A stretch of DNA of 60,815 nt, the filler included. It is 5 parts of 5 records of this genome, joined end to end, with 100 filler letters (N's around TTAATTAATTAA, not from the genome) between each part and the next. Parts side by side here need not be neighbours in the genome. Positions count along the whole stretch, not along the records: positions 29,842 to 48,126 come from DRR378314_1522; positions 48,227 to 54,586 come from DRR378314_1523; positions 54,687 to 60,815 come from DRR378314_1530; 2 more parts are not named here. One strand, given 5' to 3'. The notes beneath the pieces are model-generated. The model was not told the DNA's origin. It was given only the letters and a program-made list of their open reading frames with translations, and made no database searches. Position 1 is the stretch's first letter, and every line of letters starts with the position of its first letter. The position numbers and the translations under genes were made by a program. Positions 44,250-55,859 of this stretch are shown here, one piece after another.

Positions 44250-46006
44250 GTGGCGTCCTCCCCGTCCAGTTTGCCGGCGATCAGGCCGTCGGTCTTGTCC
44301 GGCGGCACGTGCAGGGTGCGAAGAACGCCGCCGACGATGGCGGAGAACACCGGCGCGGCCACCAGGCCGCCGTAATAGGATTCGCCGCGCGGGTCGTCGA
44401 TCACCACCACCGCGGCCACCCGCGGGTTGGAGGCCGGGGCGATACCGGCGAACAGGCCGATGTAGCGGTCGTCGGCGTAGCCGTTGGCGGTGACCTTGTG
44501 CACGGTGCCGGTTTTGCCGGCCACCTGGTAACCGGAAATCTGCGCGCGGCTGGCGGTGCCCTCGATGCTGACCACGGTTTCCAGCATGCGCACGATGGAC
44601 TGGGCGCTGGCCGGCGCGATCACCTGCTCGCCCTCGGGCGGCTGGTCCACCTTGAGCAGGGACAGCGGCACCCGGCGGCCGTCGTTGGCGAGGATCGCGT
44701 AGGCCTGGGCCAGCTGCAGGGCGGTGGTGCTGACGCCGTAGCCGTAGGACAGCGCGGCGCGCTCCACGTCCCGCCAGCGGGCGCGCAGCGGCAGCATGCC
44801 GTCGCTTTCGCCGGGGTAGTCGATGCCGGTGCGCTGGCCGAAGCCGAAGCGCTCCAGGTAGCCGGGCAGCACCATGGCGTCCATGGACAGCGCCAGCTTG
44901 CTGACGCCCACGTTGGAGCTCTTGGTGAGCACGGTGGTGACGTCGATGACGCCGTAATCGCGGTGGTCACGGATGGTCTTGCTGCCCACGCGCAGATAGC
45001 CCGGGTGGGTGTTGATCGCCGTGGTGGGCGTGACCAGGCCCTGCTCCATGGCGGCGGCGACGGTGAACGGCTTGATCGTGGAGCCCGGCTCGAACAGGTC
45101 GGTGACCGCCCGGTTGCGCAGGCTGGCGGTGTCCAGGTTGCCCCGGTTGTTGGGGTTGTAGGCGGGCTGGTTGACCATCGCCAGCACTTCGCCGGTCTTG
45201 ATGTCGAGCACCACGGCGGAGCCGCCCCGGGCCTTGAAGCGGCGGGTGGCGGACAGCAGTTCTTTGTAGGCCAGGTACTGCAGGCGCAGGTCCAGGCTCA
45301 GGGTGATGTCCTGGCCGGGCGCCGCCGGTTCCAGCACTTCGATGTCCTGGATCACGCGGCCGAGCAGGTCGCGGACCACTTTCTTGCGGCCCGGCTCGCC
45401 GGACAGTTGCTCTTCGAAGGCCAGTTCCACGCCTTCCTGGCCGCGCTCGTCGATGTCGGTGAAACCGACCAGATGGCTGGTCACTTCGCCGGCCGGGTAG
45501 TAGCGGCGGTATTCGGTGAGCGGGTGGATGCCGGGCACCTGTTTGGCGAGCACGGTCTGCGCCTGTTCCGGCGCCAGGCCGCGGGCCAGGTAGATGAATT
45601 CCTTGCCCTTGTGGCTGTTGACCCGGCTGGCGAAGGCGCGGCTGTCGATGATCGGGTTGTTGCCCAGGCGCGCCCACTGCTCCTGGTGCTCCAGGGCTTC
45701 GCCGGGGTTGGCCCACAGGGTGGTGACCGGGGTGCTCACCGCCAGCGGCCGGCCGGCGCGGTCCTGGATCACGCCACGGTGGGCGGCCACCGGCTCCACC
45801 CGCAGATTGCGGATGTCGCCCTGGTCGGCCAGGAAGTCGTGCTGTACCACCTGCAGTTGCACCGCGCGCCCCACCAGAACACAGGCACAGCCGGCCCAGA
45901 ACACCAGCATGAAACGCCAGCGCAGGGAGCTGTTGGCCTGGCGCGCCGACGCCTTGGTGGCGGCTTTGCGCGTTGCCTTGGGTGTGGTTCTACGGGCGCC
46001 TTTCAT
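44246..46006 (-). CDS. ftsI: Penicillin-binding protein 3
   Basis: STIK (SxxK), SSN, KTG motifs. Confidence 0.97.
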   Translation of the reverse strand: MKGARRTTPKATRKAATKASARQANSSLRWRFMLVFWAGCACVLVGRAVQLQVVQHDFLADQGDIRNLRVEPVAAHRGVIQDRAGRPLAVSTPVTTLWANPGEALEHQEQWARLGNNPIIDSRAFASRVNSHKGKEFIYLARGLAPEQAQTVLAKQVPGIHPLTEYRRYYPAGEVTSHLVGFTDIDERGQEGVELAFEEQLSGEPGRKKVVRDLLGRVIQDIEVLEPAAPGQDITLSLDLRLQYLAYKELLSATRRFKARGGSAVVLDIKTGEVLAMVNQPAYNPNNRGNLDTASLRNRAVTDLFEPGSTIKPFTVAAAMEQGLVTPTTAINTHPGYLRVGSKTIRDHRDYGVIDVTTVLTKSSNVGVSKLALSMDAMVLPGYLERFGFGQRTGIDYPGESDGMLPLRARWRDVERAALSYGYGVSTTALQLAQAYAILANDGRRVPLSLLKVDQPPEGEQVIAPASAQSIVRMLETVVSIEGTASRAQISGYQVAGKTGTVHKVTANGYADDRYIGLFAGIAPASNPRVAAVVVIDDPRGESYYGGLVAAPVFSAIVGGVLRTLHVPPDKTDGLIAGKLDGEDAT

Positions 46007-46305
46007 GGCCGTATCAACACTCGCTCGTCGGTCTTCGGTAATTTCATGCCCAGCTCTTCACGAGCCAGGCGCTCCACCCGGGCGTAACTGCCCCAGGTGC
46101 TGTGTTCCAGCAGCAGCTGGCCCCAGCGGGTTTCCAGCTGCGCCTGCTGCCGCTGCGCCTGCTGGGCGCGGTCGGTGAGGCGGCGCGATTCGTGCACGCT
46201 GTAGGCCACGCCCACCGCGGACGCCACCACCAGCACCAGCAACAGCGGCGGCAACCAGCCGGCGGCGAGCACCGAGCCCGTGGCCTGGCCGCGGGCCGCG
46301 CTCAT
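46003..46305 (-). CDS. ftsL: Cell division protein FtsL
   Basis: TM plus coiled coil, L.LE..TW...RVE..A...LGM. Confidence 0.93.
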   Translation of the reverse strand: MSAARGQATGSVLAAGWLPPLLLVLVVASAVGVAYSVHESRRLTDRAQQAQRQQAQLETRWGQLLLEHSTWGSYARVERLAREELGMKLPKTDERVLIRP

Positions 46306-47243
46306 GCCACTTTCTCCGCCACCCGCAGCACCGCGCTGCGGCTGCGCACGTTGACGCGCAGTTCGTCCTTGCCGGCGTAGCGGGCCTTGCCCAGCGGCTT
46401 CAGCCGCTCCGGCGGTTCGTCCATCATCGGCAACCCGCCCCGGCCTTTCGGCGCCTGGCCGGAGTGATCGCGGATAAAGCGCTTCACCACCCGGTCTTCC
46501 AGGGAATGGAAGCTGATAACGACAAGACGCCCGCCGATGGCGAGCGTCTCCAGGGCCTGGTCCAGCGTGTTGCGCAACGCGTCCAGTTCCCCGTTTATAT
46601 GTATTCGTAACGCCTGAAAGCTGCGCGTTGCCGGGTGCTTGCCCGGCTCGCCGCGTCCCATCACCGATTGAATCAGGCCGGCCAGCTGCGCCGTGGTGCG
46701 GATCGGCTGCTGATCGCGGCGCTCGCAGATCGCCCGGGCGATGCGGCGTGATTTGCGCTCATCGCCGTACTGGTAGAGCACGTCGGCGATCTGCTTCTCG
46801 CCGGCCCGCGCCAGCCAGTCGGCGACGCTTTCGCCGCTGTCCGGGTCCATGCGCATGTCCAGCGGGCCGTCGCGCAGGAAGCTGAAGCCGCGCTCGGCGT
46901 CGTCCAGCTGCGGCGAGGACACGCCCAGATCCAGCAGCAGCCCGTCGATCTGGCGGTGCTCTTCCGCCACCAGCTCCGGCAGGCAATCAAAGCGGGCGCG
47001 GCGAATCCGGAAGCGGGTGTCTTCCAGGGCCAGCTTCTCGCCTTCCAGTACCGCCTCCGGATCGCGGTCCACACCGACCAGACGGGCGCCGGCGTCCAGC
47101 CGGGCCAGCAGCGCGCGGCTGTGACCGCCGCGGCCAAAGGTGCCGTCCACGTACAGGCCGTCGGTTCGGGTGGGCCACATTTCCAGTACCTCCTCCAGCA
47201 TTACCGGCTGGTGTTCGTACTGCCTGTTGTCGCTGTTCGCCAT
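46302..47243 (-). CDS. rsmH: 16S rRNA m4C1402 methyltransferase
   Basis: DGTFGRGGHS, DLGVSSPQLD, FHSLED (start 47243 or 47273). Confidence 0.97.
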   Translation of the reverse strand: MANSDNRQYEHQPVMLEEVLEMWPTRTDGLYVDGTFGRGGHSRALLARLDAGARLVGVDRDPEAVLEGEKLALEDTRFRIRRARFDCLPELVAEEHRQIDGLLLDLGVSSPQLDDAERGFSFLRDGPLDMRMDPDSGESVADWLARAGEKQIADVLYQYGDERKSRRIARAICERRDQQPIRTTAQLAGLIQSVMGRGEPGKHPATRSFQALRIHINGELDALRNTLDQALETLAIGGRLVVISFHSLEDRVVKRFIRDHSGQAPKGRGGLPMMDEPPERLKPLGKARYAGKDELRVNVRSRSAVLRVAEKVA

Positions 47244-47275
47244 GGCCGGTTGCCCTCGCTTGTTCGCTGCCAAAT

Positions 47276-47719
47276 TCAGAACGAGAGGGACTGCACACTC
47301 TCGGGCATGGCGTCCTGATCCAGATCCTGTTGTTCCAACTGATTCCAGGTTTCCTCGGCCCAGATTTCGAACCGGTGCATCAAACCCACCAGCATGGCGT
47401 GTTTTTCCAGGCCCACCACGGACCGCAACTCCGGCGGTACCAGCAGGCGGCCGTTGCCGTCCATTTCCATTTCCACGGCCTGCCCCAGGAAGCGGCGCTT
47501 GAGCGCCCGCACCTGAGAGTGGGAATCGCTTTGCGACGCCACCTGGCGGGCGATGTCACGCCACTCGGGGAAGGGGTACATCACCAGGCAGGCGTCGTAG
47601 GGGTGTTGCGTGAGCACAAGGCGACCGCCGCAAGCGCTGTTCAGCGACTCGCGGTAGCGGGTCGGCACGGTAAGCCGACCCTTGGCATCTAGATTGAGCG
47701 CCGTACGCCCGTTGAACAC
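47276..47719 (-). CDS. mraZ: Transcriptional regulator MraZ
   Basis: DAKGR and DGNGR repeats; GTG start at 47719 preceded by AAGGGGAAGG. Confidence 0.96.
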   Translation of the reverse strand: MFNGRTALNLDAKGRLTVPTRYRESLNSACGGRLVLTQHPYDACLVMYPFPEWRDIARQVASQSDSHSQVRALKRRFLGQAVEMEMDGNGRLLVPPELRSVVGLEKHAMLVGLMHRFEIWAEETWNQLEQQDLDQDAMPESVQSLSF

Positions 47720-47786
47720 TGGCCTTCCCCTTGCGTTGGGATCCGTCCCACTTTGTGCGTTTCTGGCGGCGGGATGGAGGATTTTT

Positions 47787-47811
47787 CCCACTTCATCCCA
47801 CTTTCCACCAC
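47787..47811 (-). promoter_or_regulatory. MraZ-binding direct repeats in the dcw promoter
   Basis: Minus strand GTGGTggaaa-GTGGGatgaa-GTGGG at 10-bp periodicity. Confidence 0.8.
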
Positions 47812-48100
47812 AATGCGACACTCTAGGTCCACGGGAATTACCAAGTCAAGCTCGGCGAAACCGGCCAATGTAAAAGAAAGTCTTTGCAAATCAGTTTGTT
47901 AGCTGCGTCACACTGGGGGTGAGCAAGGCGGGGGAAGAGGAGTTGTCAACGTAATCAGGGCGCTGCGGGGCGCAGCTAAGGAATCACTTTAAGAGTTAGA
48001 CTATTTTGGAATAAAGAAGGCGCAATAAATGAAGGGAATGCCATACTCAGGGTGAGTGCTGACTCTCGCCGCAGCCCACTGATGGCGGTAGGGGCGCCTT

Positions 48101-48126
48101 GTAGGAGCGGGCCCAGCCCGCGAAAG
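48101..48126 (+). repeat. GTAG-type REP palindrome
   Basis: GTAGGAGCGGGCCCAGCCCGCGAAAG at the contig end. Confidence 0.85.
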
Positions 48127-48226
48127 NNNNNNNNNNNNNNNNNNNNNNNNNNNNNNNNNNNNNNNNNNNNTTAATTAATTAANNNNNNNNNNNNNNNNNN
48201 NNNNNNNNNNNNNNNNNNNNNNNNNN
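48127..48226. other. Artificial contig-join spacer
   Basis: N44-TTAATTAATTAA-N44. Confidence 0.99.
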
Positions 48227-50074
48227 TCCAGAAAACTGGCAGAAGAGGAGGACGGGACGGAGAAGTACAATCGTCACATTGAGCATAAGAGTACGAGCTA
48301 CAAAGAACACGCATGTGCTGCTGCGGTGTCTCGGGTCGCCTCCGCGGGCGTGCGCACGAGCGCGCAGGGCGGCGCGACTCGCCACCCACCTCTCCCCCTC
48401 GCGCACCCCGCAGCACAGACCGCCGACTGCTCACGAACAAGCGCTCGACGCTACAAAACACCTACGCGAAGCTGCATTTGTGATACCGTATTGGAACACA
48501 AGATTGGCCTTCCAGCTCCTGTCTGGCCGGCCCATCCTCCGCTCGCCGGAGTGCGGCGGGCGGGGAAGGGAGCAGGGCACGCCCACGCGCACACCCCGCG
48601 AACGCGAAGAGGGCCCAGTTGGTCCCTCCGACGAGCGCGCGCTATGCCACCTCAACCCGGCTGCTTTCCAGGCCACAACGATCTATTGGCTGATCACATG
48701 CGCGTGTATCGCTACACAATGTACCTGTAGTCCACTGGAGGTGGCTCCGCATCGTGGATATCCGCCATTCCTGCCAGTCGCACAGTCCGCGTGCCCCGCT
48801 GCGGGCGAAGCGCCTCCGCAGGGCGTTGCCGCTGCGGACCGCCGGTACGGCAGGTCCACGAACTAGGGTGTAGTATTTTTCACTCCGCCCCCCGCCTCGC
48901 ACGGCTTCCCGGCGCGTGCGACGTCTTCCCGGGGCTATCTCTTGGAGTCGCAGACTTTGGCCAACATCGCGAAAGGCGAATGTGGCACGAGTATGCGCTC
49001 GTGCGTGCATTGGGGGGTTCGCTTCTCTGAGAGTCGGGTGCAGGCAGGCCGCGTCCAGCACGCGAGACCTAGCGGGTTGGTGGCTTTGTATTTTGTCTAC
49101 ACAGGTTCACGATGTCGGGTCGCCAGATGCCACAAGGGCAAGCGAACGGCGCTAATCGGTACTCAGGCGCGACCGCTTCACGCGTCGAGAAGCCCGGGGA
49201 ATAAGCTCTACACTTGCGCTCGGCGATATCGATTCCGTTCCGGCGTAGCTCGTCAGGAGCACGAGCGACAGGCGAATCTGGCACGATTCTGCAAACGGTG
49301 CACGTTGGCAACAGAACGCGAGCGCGATGGTCAGAATCTCTACCACAGGAGTTGAGCGCAGCGCAGTGCTTCGCGCCAGCATGTCTGTGCGATTTGATTT
49401 TTTTAAACAACAATAAGCATCATTCGCATCGGCAAACGGGAGAAAGCTGGCGCGCTGGTAGGTACGCATAGCAGCAAGGGGCGGGAGAAAAAGAGAACCG
49501 CACGCACCAGTCATATCCTTCACTGAGAGGAGGATGGTCTTGCTCACTTCCACCGTGTCAGGTCCCACAACAGACGCACGTTGCTGCGATAGTGGGAATA
49601 CTCGTTCAGCTCCTCCAGGAAAACCAACCTAAGGTCGGAAGACAGACAAATACAAAGGAATTCAGAGAAGGAAACAAGACCGAGAACAGCGCGTGCCAGA
49701 CAACAGCACCAGCGCCTTCAGCATCCGTGGGCAGCAGCAAAGCACACTCCATCGCTACACTAGGAATCACGCAAAAGATTACTTACATAATATCAAGCAC
49801 AGAAGTCAAGCATCCATACTAAAACAGATATTGCATAATTACAGCACCTGCTGTGCGCCCTTGCGTTTACACTGTGCAAATCCTTCTGCGATCCAAAGGT
49901 CGATGTTCCCGCGTCGGCAGCGCACGGCGCAGCATCCATCAAAGTCACCACACCAGCAGTACATCCTGCCAACGCAGCAACTACCGTCCGGCTTCATTGA
50001 AGCGCATTTGAGGCGCAAAAAAACACGCTCACAAACTCAAGGACATACAGTCGAAAGCAAACTGTCTCCGCCCT

Positions 50075-50331
50075 GACACGCTTGCATTCCATGGCAAGCG
50101 CTGTAACGAGCTCTCCTACTGCACGTTCGTAAACCAGACACACCTTGACTGCTACAGCGTGTGAAACGGAAAGTCCCGTGAGTCTTGCGACGATCGGAAC
50201 GGCCACTGGGCATTCAGCTGCGTACACGATACTCGGCGTTTCGCTTGGGCTGCGCGTCTTGTGCTGAACGAACACGTTTGCTCGCGCAATATCCAATCGG
50301 CCGATGGAATCTCGGGGAAATGACATTAACT
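50075..50331 (-). CDS. Probable downstream exon of the INTS4-like gene (boundaries approximate)
   Basis: TGCAG acceptor, then ...PSIVYAAECPVAVPIVARLTGLSVSHAVAVKVCL, a beta-rich stretch compatible with the INTS4 C-terminus. Confidence 0.35.
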
Positions 50332-51958
50332 CTGCATTCTGTACACCAGAGGACCAATCGTCACAAGCGCAGGTAGGGCAGGAAATGCAGGGAAGAGCCT
50401 ACGTGAGGGAAAGATCACTCGACTTGTCAACGGCGAGACACAGCTACCAGCACTCGGAGCTGGTTCGAGGCACGAGCACAGCACAGACGAGCCAAATGGG
50501 CGAATCTGGCGCTTCGCACGACCGATAATACGCAATCTGCGTATCCCTTTCACGACGGAAACTCGATCTCGTTCAAATGGACCGGGAATGAACCGTAAGC
50601 TATTTCTTCATCATGTGTTGGGAACGAGAGTGAAGCAAGCTTGTACACGCTGTTCACTCACAAGCACGAAAGCACAACGCCCTACGTTCGCTGGCAACTC
50701 GACAATTACTCACGCAGGGAAGATACAATAAGAGCTTTCACTAACGATCACAGGACGCATTCGCGATTCAAGATCGGAACGCGGCAGCGGAAAATTACCA
50801 GCAGGGTTGAAAGAAAAAGAAACCGGAAGAGGGAACAACCTATTCGCAAATGGAATACGCTTTTTCTGTTCAAGCGGACCTTGACAAAGTCCACAACGCC
50901 CTGAATACTCCGGTCCTGTACGCTCGCGAGAAGGCCGGAAAGTGCTGATTTCTTTCCGACGTACGACGCTGCAAAGTTCATATGGCTGCAATATGACGTA
51001 TTCAGAGAGAGTGAATTTATGTAAGAAATGACAAGCAAGGAACATAGGAGTACGCCCGAAACGGAGGAGAGGTCGAGCGAATGCACGCAAACGGTACGGA
51101 GAGTGAGAGCAAAGAGGATACTCGTCCACATAATTCCAGCTACTATTGCAACGGTGTATGGAGAAAGCGAAATTGATTCGTCTTGACGTTTGTTGGTTGC
51201 GACTGTAGCAGGAGTCTCCGCAGCTTCTTATAGTTGACCAGCCCCAATTTTACACTCAAAGTAAGGCGAGTATACCCAAGAACCTAATCTCGATCGCGAC
51301 GGCGAACAATCGTTGCGCCTAGACGCTTGCGCGGCTGCCGTGCTTCGTGCACAAGCAGCGCAGCAAAAATCACAGTTGCTTCGTGCGGGAGCGACAAAGA
51401 GTTGAAATATGGATACGATCGGTAGAACAAGAACATGTACGACAGGGTGAACCACGGAAAAAATCCAGGAAAATCACGGGGCGAGTTCGCAGTTGAAAAC
51501 CAGTGCGATGATGGGGAATGCAGTGGGAACGAAAGCACTGCCTGGTGGGTGAAACGCACGTTGCTGCTTCCAGGAGTATCTCCCACGCTCCGCAGCTGCT
51601 CGCGGATGTCTGGTGAGGCCGAACACGCCGTATGGGGTCCACCGAAAATAAGAATAACAACCATGACAAAATGAACAATCGCGGCTCTGAATGAACACTG
51701 ATTCTTTTCAAATACACAGCACTCGCGCTGTACATACAAACCAGGGAGTTGGACAAGGGGAGCCGAGCGCGGAGCGGTTCGGAATCTAGGTGTAATATCA
51801 GAGCTATCACTCTCCGCGCTTCACTGCGATCGCGATTGCGCTCCTTCCTTGTCAAGCTTCGACTCGGTGGTGCTTTAGCATACGGAAATCCGAAGAACGC
51901 AACATGCAAAATTCTTGCTTTACCTATGATACACTTAGCCGTAGAGCAGAAAACGTAC

Positions 51959-54220
51959 GTCAACGCCTTCTTCCGCGTGGGCAGAGAGCAAGAGAATCGC
52001 AAGACCGGTGACTATAGATTCGTGCGCGGCGAGATGGAACGACGCCGGCGCGCCAAGGCAGCGCAAACCGAGCCATCGAGAGGCAGCCAGAAGCTGCTTT
52101 CCATGCCGGCAGAGCACCTACAGATTGATCAAGTAGCAATGAAAATGGAGTACAAGATAAATATCGACAACATACCAAATTAAGCGAGGTGCGGACATTC
52201 AAGCTCGTGCCATGATCCAGACAGAGCGAGAAGGCCAAGGACGCACTCCAATCGTGACGCAAACTTGCACGCACATGAATGACCATAGAAACACAAAGAA
52301 AATGCGACTTACGGTAAATACAGGAAGATAGATGGACCACGCCGGGAATGTTATAAGACACACTCGCCCCCTTTCCACCTCGCGCGCGACCTTCAGAAGA
52401 ACCCCGGTCGGTACCACGTACGTTGGGATCCAGCGGATCGTCGCCGAGTGCGTCTTTCGCTCGATGCAGCGCCACAGCAGCGGCGGCGATGCGTTTCGCT
52501 GTTTCTCCGGCTGCTCGTGGTAGGCGATGCGCAGCAAGCGCGAGAGCGCGCGCGGACGAAACAACGTCTCCCGTGATCGCCAAGGTGCCGCCGAGTGAAT
52601 GGTCAGAGCTCGTCACCCGCGTATCCTCTCCCTTTTGAGGAACGTATGCCGCGAATCGTCGCGATACATACTGTATATCCGCGGCGGCGAACGATGGCAT
52701 GTGGAGCAGGAGTTCCGGACGCTGGTCGATCGCATTCGCAATCGCAATGAGTGTTGCCAAGTATCCCGATTCGTTCTGCTGCGGGCGCGTGTAGACAAGG
52801 AAAGGCTTCTCGGCATCGTTTCCGGCAATCGCGGGGATAACTGCGTCAAAGTGCGACGCGTTGCGCAGCCCGGTCTCGCGCATCGCCGCAAACACAGCTA
52901 ATCGCTCCTCCGGTCGCGATCCAGCATGCGCCTACACAAACGGAGTAGGAAAGAGTTCCCCCAAAGCGTATGAACATGCGCGAAAAGCGACAGAAACAGG
53001 TCAACTACGAGCAGCAGTACAACCGCAATCATGATCCAGACAAAAGGTATAGGACATTCAAAGGAGCAAGGAGTCCCTCTGCCTTTTCACAGGAAAACAT
53101 ATCGACACGAAACAACGGCGCTATTGCTCAGCGGGAAACCAATGATCTGAATACTCGGCAATCCCACGAGCGAAACAAGCAGAATCGGAGAAGTGGTTCA
53201 TTTCTGTTTCCACACAGATTCTTGAGTTCGTGGATATGAACTGCAGCCTCATGCCCTGGAGCAGTGATTCTCATTCTTTCTTACACTCGCGGTTCATACC
53301 CGAAGAATTTTGATGATTTCCAGCGCCTGATCGGCCGAATCCGCTTTCAAAACCCCAAGGAAGCGACAAGCGCTTTCGCGCACACGAGCGCACTTATCCG
53401 ACAGTAAATGCGACGCAGATTCCAGCTGATCACTCGTGGCAAATACTGGCTCCTCATCGTGATCACCATCGATACGCTGAACGATGGACGAGAGTGTGCA
53501 GAGAGTCAATTCGCGCACTTCGCTCGAGTCATCCGCTAAAACGTCGAACAGCAGCGGAACAGCCGCACGGGCGAATCGGCGCGATCGCTGCGCAGCAGAT
53601 CCAACGCTACACGAGAAAAAAATCAGAGAAGTCACAGACACAGACAAAGACGCAACGGTAAGAAAGAGCTGAAAAGGAGGATCACAACAGTTCGAGCCAG
53701 GGAGAAAATTACGCTCGATTTTATGATGATGTGGAAGTAAAGGGGAGAAATCACAATCGGCGGGCCATAAATCCGTGACTGCTTAGGCACAAACCACGAT
53801 ATAAGTAGATCTATGACCGCTCTTATCTTCTGCCCCATGATAAATAACACAAAGCAGAAACCATAAATGCAGAGGAAGTGCCGTTTCGCTGCGAGGAGAC
53901 GTGATTTTCCAGCGCCTGCCATTGTCATAGAGAGGAAAACCTTTGCTTGTCTCACGGATACGCCCATTGCGTCTCCGTGCAGCTGCATCGTTGTTTCCCT
54001 CTTGCTGGTGTGCTCTTGGCGACTGACGCCTACCCTTTTTCCTACAATGTACGGTGATAAGAGAGCGGTGTTGCATACCATAATTGAATCATCGTTGCAG
54101 AGTCGCACGATGCGCGACTGTAGAGCGATACATGCGACGTACCTGGTCACCGTTGCAGCTCGCACACCCGGAAGATCGTCTTCTACTCCATGGACAAACG
54201 CACCGTGTGCGACAGAATTT
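51959..54220 (-). CDS. INTS4: Eukaryotic Integrator complex subunit 4-like HEAT-repeat gene, spliced and partial; exons 54220-54143, 53606-53300, 52931-52422, 52117-51959
   Basis: GT-AG introns join in phase to give GAFVHGVEDDLPGVRAATVTSVGSAAQRSRRFARAAVPLLFDVLADDSSEVR...DQLE...RVRE...YLATLIAIANA, matching the INTS4/SIEL GAFVHGLEDE..EVR motif series from recall. Confidence 0.8.
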
Positions 54221-54586
54221 CTGCAACGACATGCGCAAATGGGACTGTCAGAACTGGCAATATGCATAAAAGTTCACAGTGTAAAGCGGGAGAAATTATG
54301 TGCGCCGACGTCCTCGAAGCGTTGGGATTTCGCACGCGCTGGCGCAAAAAACCGCCGCGCGGACAGAAGCCCGCGTGCGAAAAAAAGCATCACACAGATC
54401 GCACGACCGAACAGGCATTCTCACGCCGTAACAGAGGACGAATACCACGTGTTGGTAATGCGCAGAGCGCACGACGCACGGCATGTGCGGTCCGGCGCGT
54501 GCTACTCCCCCGCAAGGGGGGGGCTGGGGTCTGGGAGGGGGCGTATCTTCCCCACCCCGCCCTCGCGCGCCGTCGAGCACGCGCCG

Positions 54587-54686
54587 NNNNNNNNNNNNNN
54601 NNNNNNNNNNNNNNNNNNNNNNNNNNNNNNTTAATTAATTAANNNNNNNNNNNNNNNNNNNNNNNNNNNNNNNNNNNNNNNNNNNN
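54587..54686. other. Artificial contig-join spacer
   Basis: N44-TTAATTAATTAA-N44. Confidence 0.99.
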
Positions 54687-54723
54687 CGGAGGGCAGCGCT
54701 CTATCCAGCTGAGCTATGGGTGC
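54687..54723 (-). tRNA. tRNA-Arg(CCG), 5' half, truncated at the contig end
   Basis: GCACCCATAGCTCAGCTGGATAGAGCGCTGCCCTCCG: acceptor strand, D arm and anticodon CCG. Confidence 0.85.
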
Positions 54724-54854
54724 GAGCCGAAGCCGGTGAATACGGCATGCACGGGCCGAGTGCAACGCCGGATTGCCGTTCTGGCCGAGCTTGGCGCTTG
54801 CGTACCGGAAGGATTGGGATAGGTCTGGACCAACGAGGATTTCAGGAGTGACAT

Positions 54855-55856
54855 ATGCGGAGTTTATCCACGGCAATGACTGGCGCCGCGCTCGCGCTGC
54901 TGCTCGGCGTTTCAGCCTGCGGTTCGGAAAAGAGCGCGCCAGACGCCCCTGTTCAGGACGAAGCGGCAGACCGCGCCGCTCAGCTGGAAGCTCAGAAAGC
55001 CGCCTATGCGGACGCGCTCGCGCAAGCGCAGGCATCCCGTGGGGCAGGGGAGCCCGCGCTCTGGACGCTCAGCGATGAGGATACGACGCTTCACATCTTC
55101 GGCACGGTTCATCTGTTGCGGCCGGGACTCGATTGGCGGAGTGATGCGCTGGATGCGGCTCTGACAGACGCTGACACCATCGTCTTCGAGGCAGATGTCA
55201 CCAGCCAGGCCGCCGCGTCGGAGATGATGAAATTCATCTCGACCGAGGGCATGCTTGGCGGCGGGCAGCAATTGTCGAGCCTGCTCAGCGATCTGGAGAA
55301 AGCGGAGCTGCAAAAGGCGCTGGATCATGTCGGCCTGCCTTTGGGGGCGATCGAGCCGATGAAGCCCTGGTGGGCAGCGGTGAATCTGTCAGTGCTCCAG
55401 ATCCAGAGCGAGGGATATGATCCCAACTCCGGGGTCGAAATGGTTATTGGCGCCGAGGCGCGCGAAGCGGACAAGTCCTTCGAATATCTCGAGACGATTG
55501 ATGAGCAACTTGGCCGGCTCGCCAACATGCCGACAGATGTTCAGGTCGATTTCCTGATCAGTTCGGCGGAATCCATCGAAGAAGGTGGCGATGTGCTGGA
55601 CACGCTGGTCTCCGAATGGGTGGATGGCGATGTGAACGGGATCGGCCTTCTGATGTCCAATCCCGACATGATGGGATCGGATGAGGTCTACGACGCACTG
55701 CTCAAGGCGCGCAATGAAATCTGGGTCGGCAAGATCGAAGCGATGCTGGATGAGCCGGGCACAAGCCTGATTGCCGTGGGCGCAGGTCATCTGGCCGGCG
55801 ATGACAGCGTGATCAAGTTGCTTGAGGCGAAGGGCTACGAGGTGGAAGGCCCCTGA
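54855..55856 (+). CDS. TraB/GumN family lipoprotein
   Basis: VSAC lipobox, PALW, FGTVH, LETIDEQL, RN..W, AVGAGHL. Confidence 0.9.
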   Translation: MRSLSTAMTGAALALLLGVSACGSEKSAPDAPVQDEAADRAAQLEAQKAAYADALAQAQASRGAGEPALWTLSDEDTTLHIFGTVHLLRPGLDWRSDALDAALTDADTIVFEADVTSQAAASEMMKFISTEGMLGGGQQLSSLLSDLEKAELQKALDHVGLPLGAIEPMKPWWAAVNLSVLQIQSEGYDPNSGVEMVIGAEAREADKSFEYLETIDEQLGRLANMPTDVQVDFLISSAESIEEGGDVLDTLVSEWVDGDVNGIGLLMSNPDMMGSDEVYDALLKARNEIWVGKIEAMLDEPGTSLIAVGAGHLAGDDSVIKLLEAKGYEVEGP

Positions 55857-55859
55857 AGG

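Noticed and set aside
48227-54586. Horizontal transfer of a eukaryotic gene into a bacterium; numerous short ORFs in this contig
   Set aside because: It is a separate contig bounded by spacers and has spliceosomal introns; the short ORFs are intronic or antisense noise.
54687-54723. Split tRNA or prophage att site
   Set aside because: The truncation coincides with the contig end, and no integrase or duplicated tRNA end is visible.
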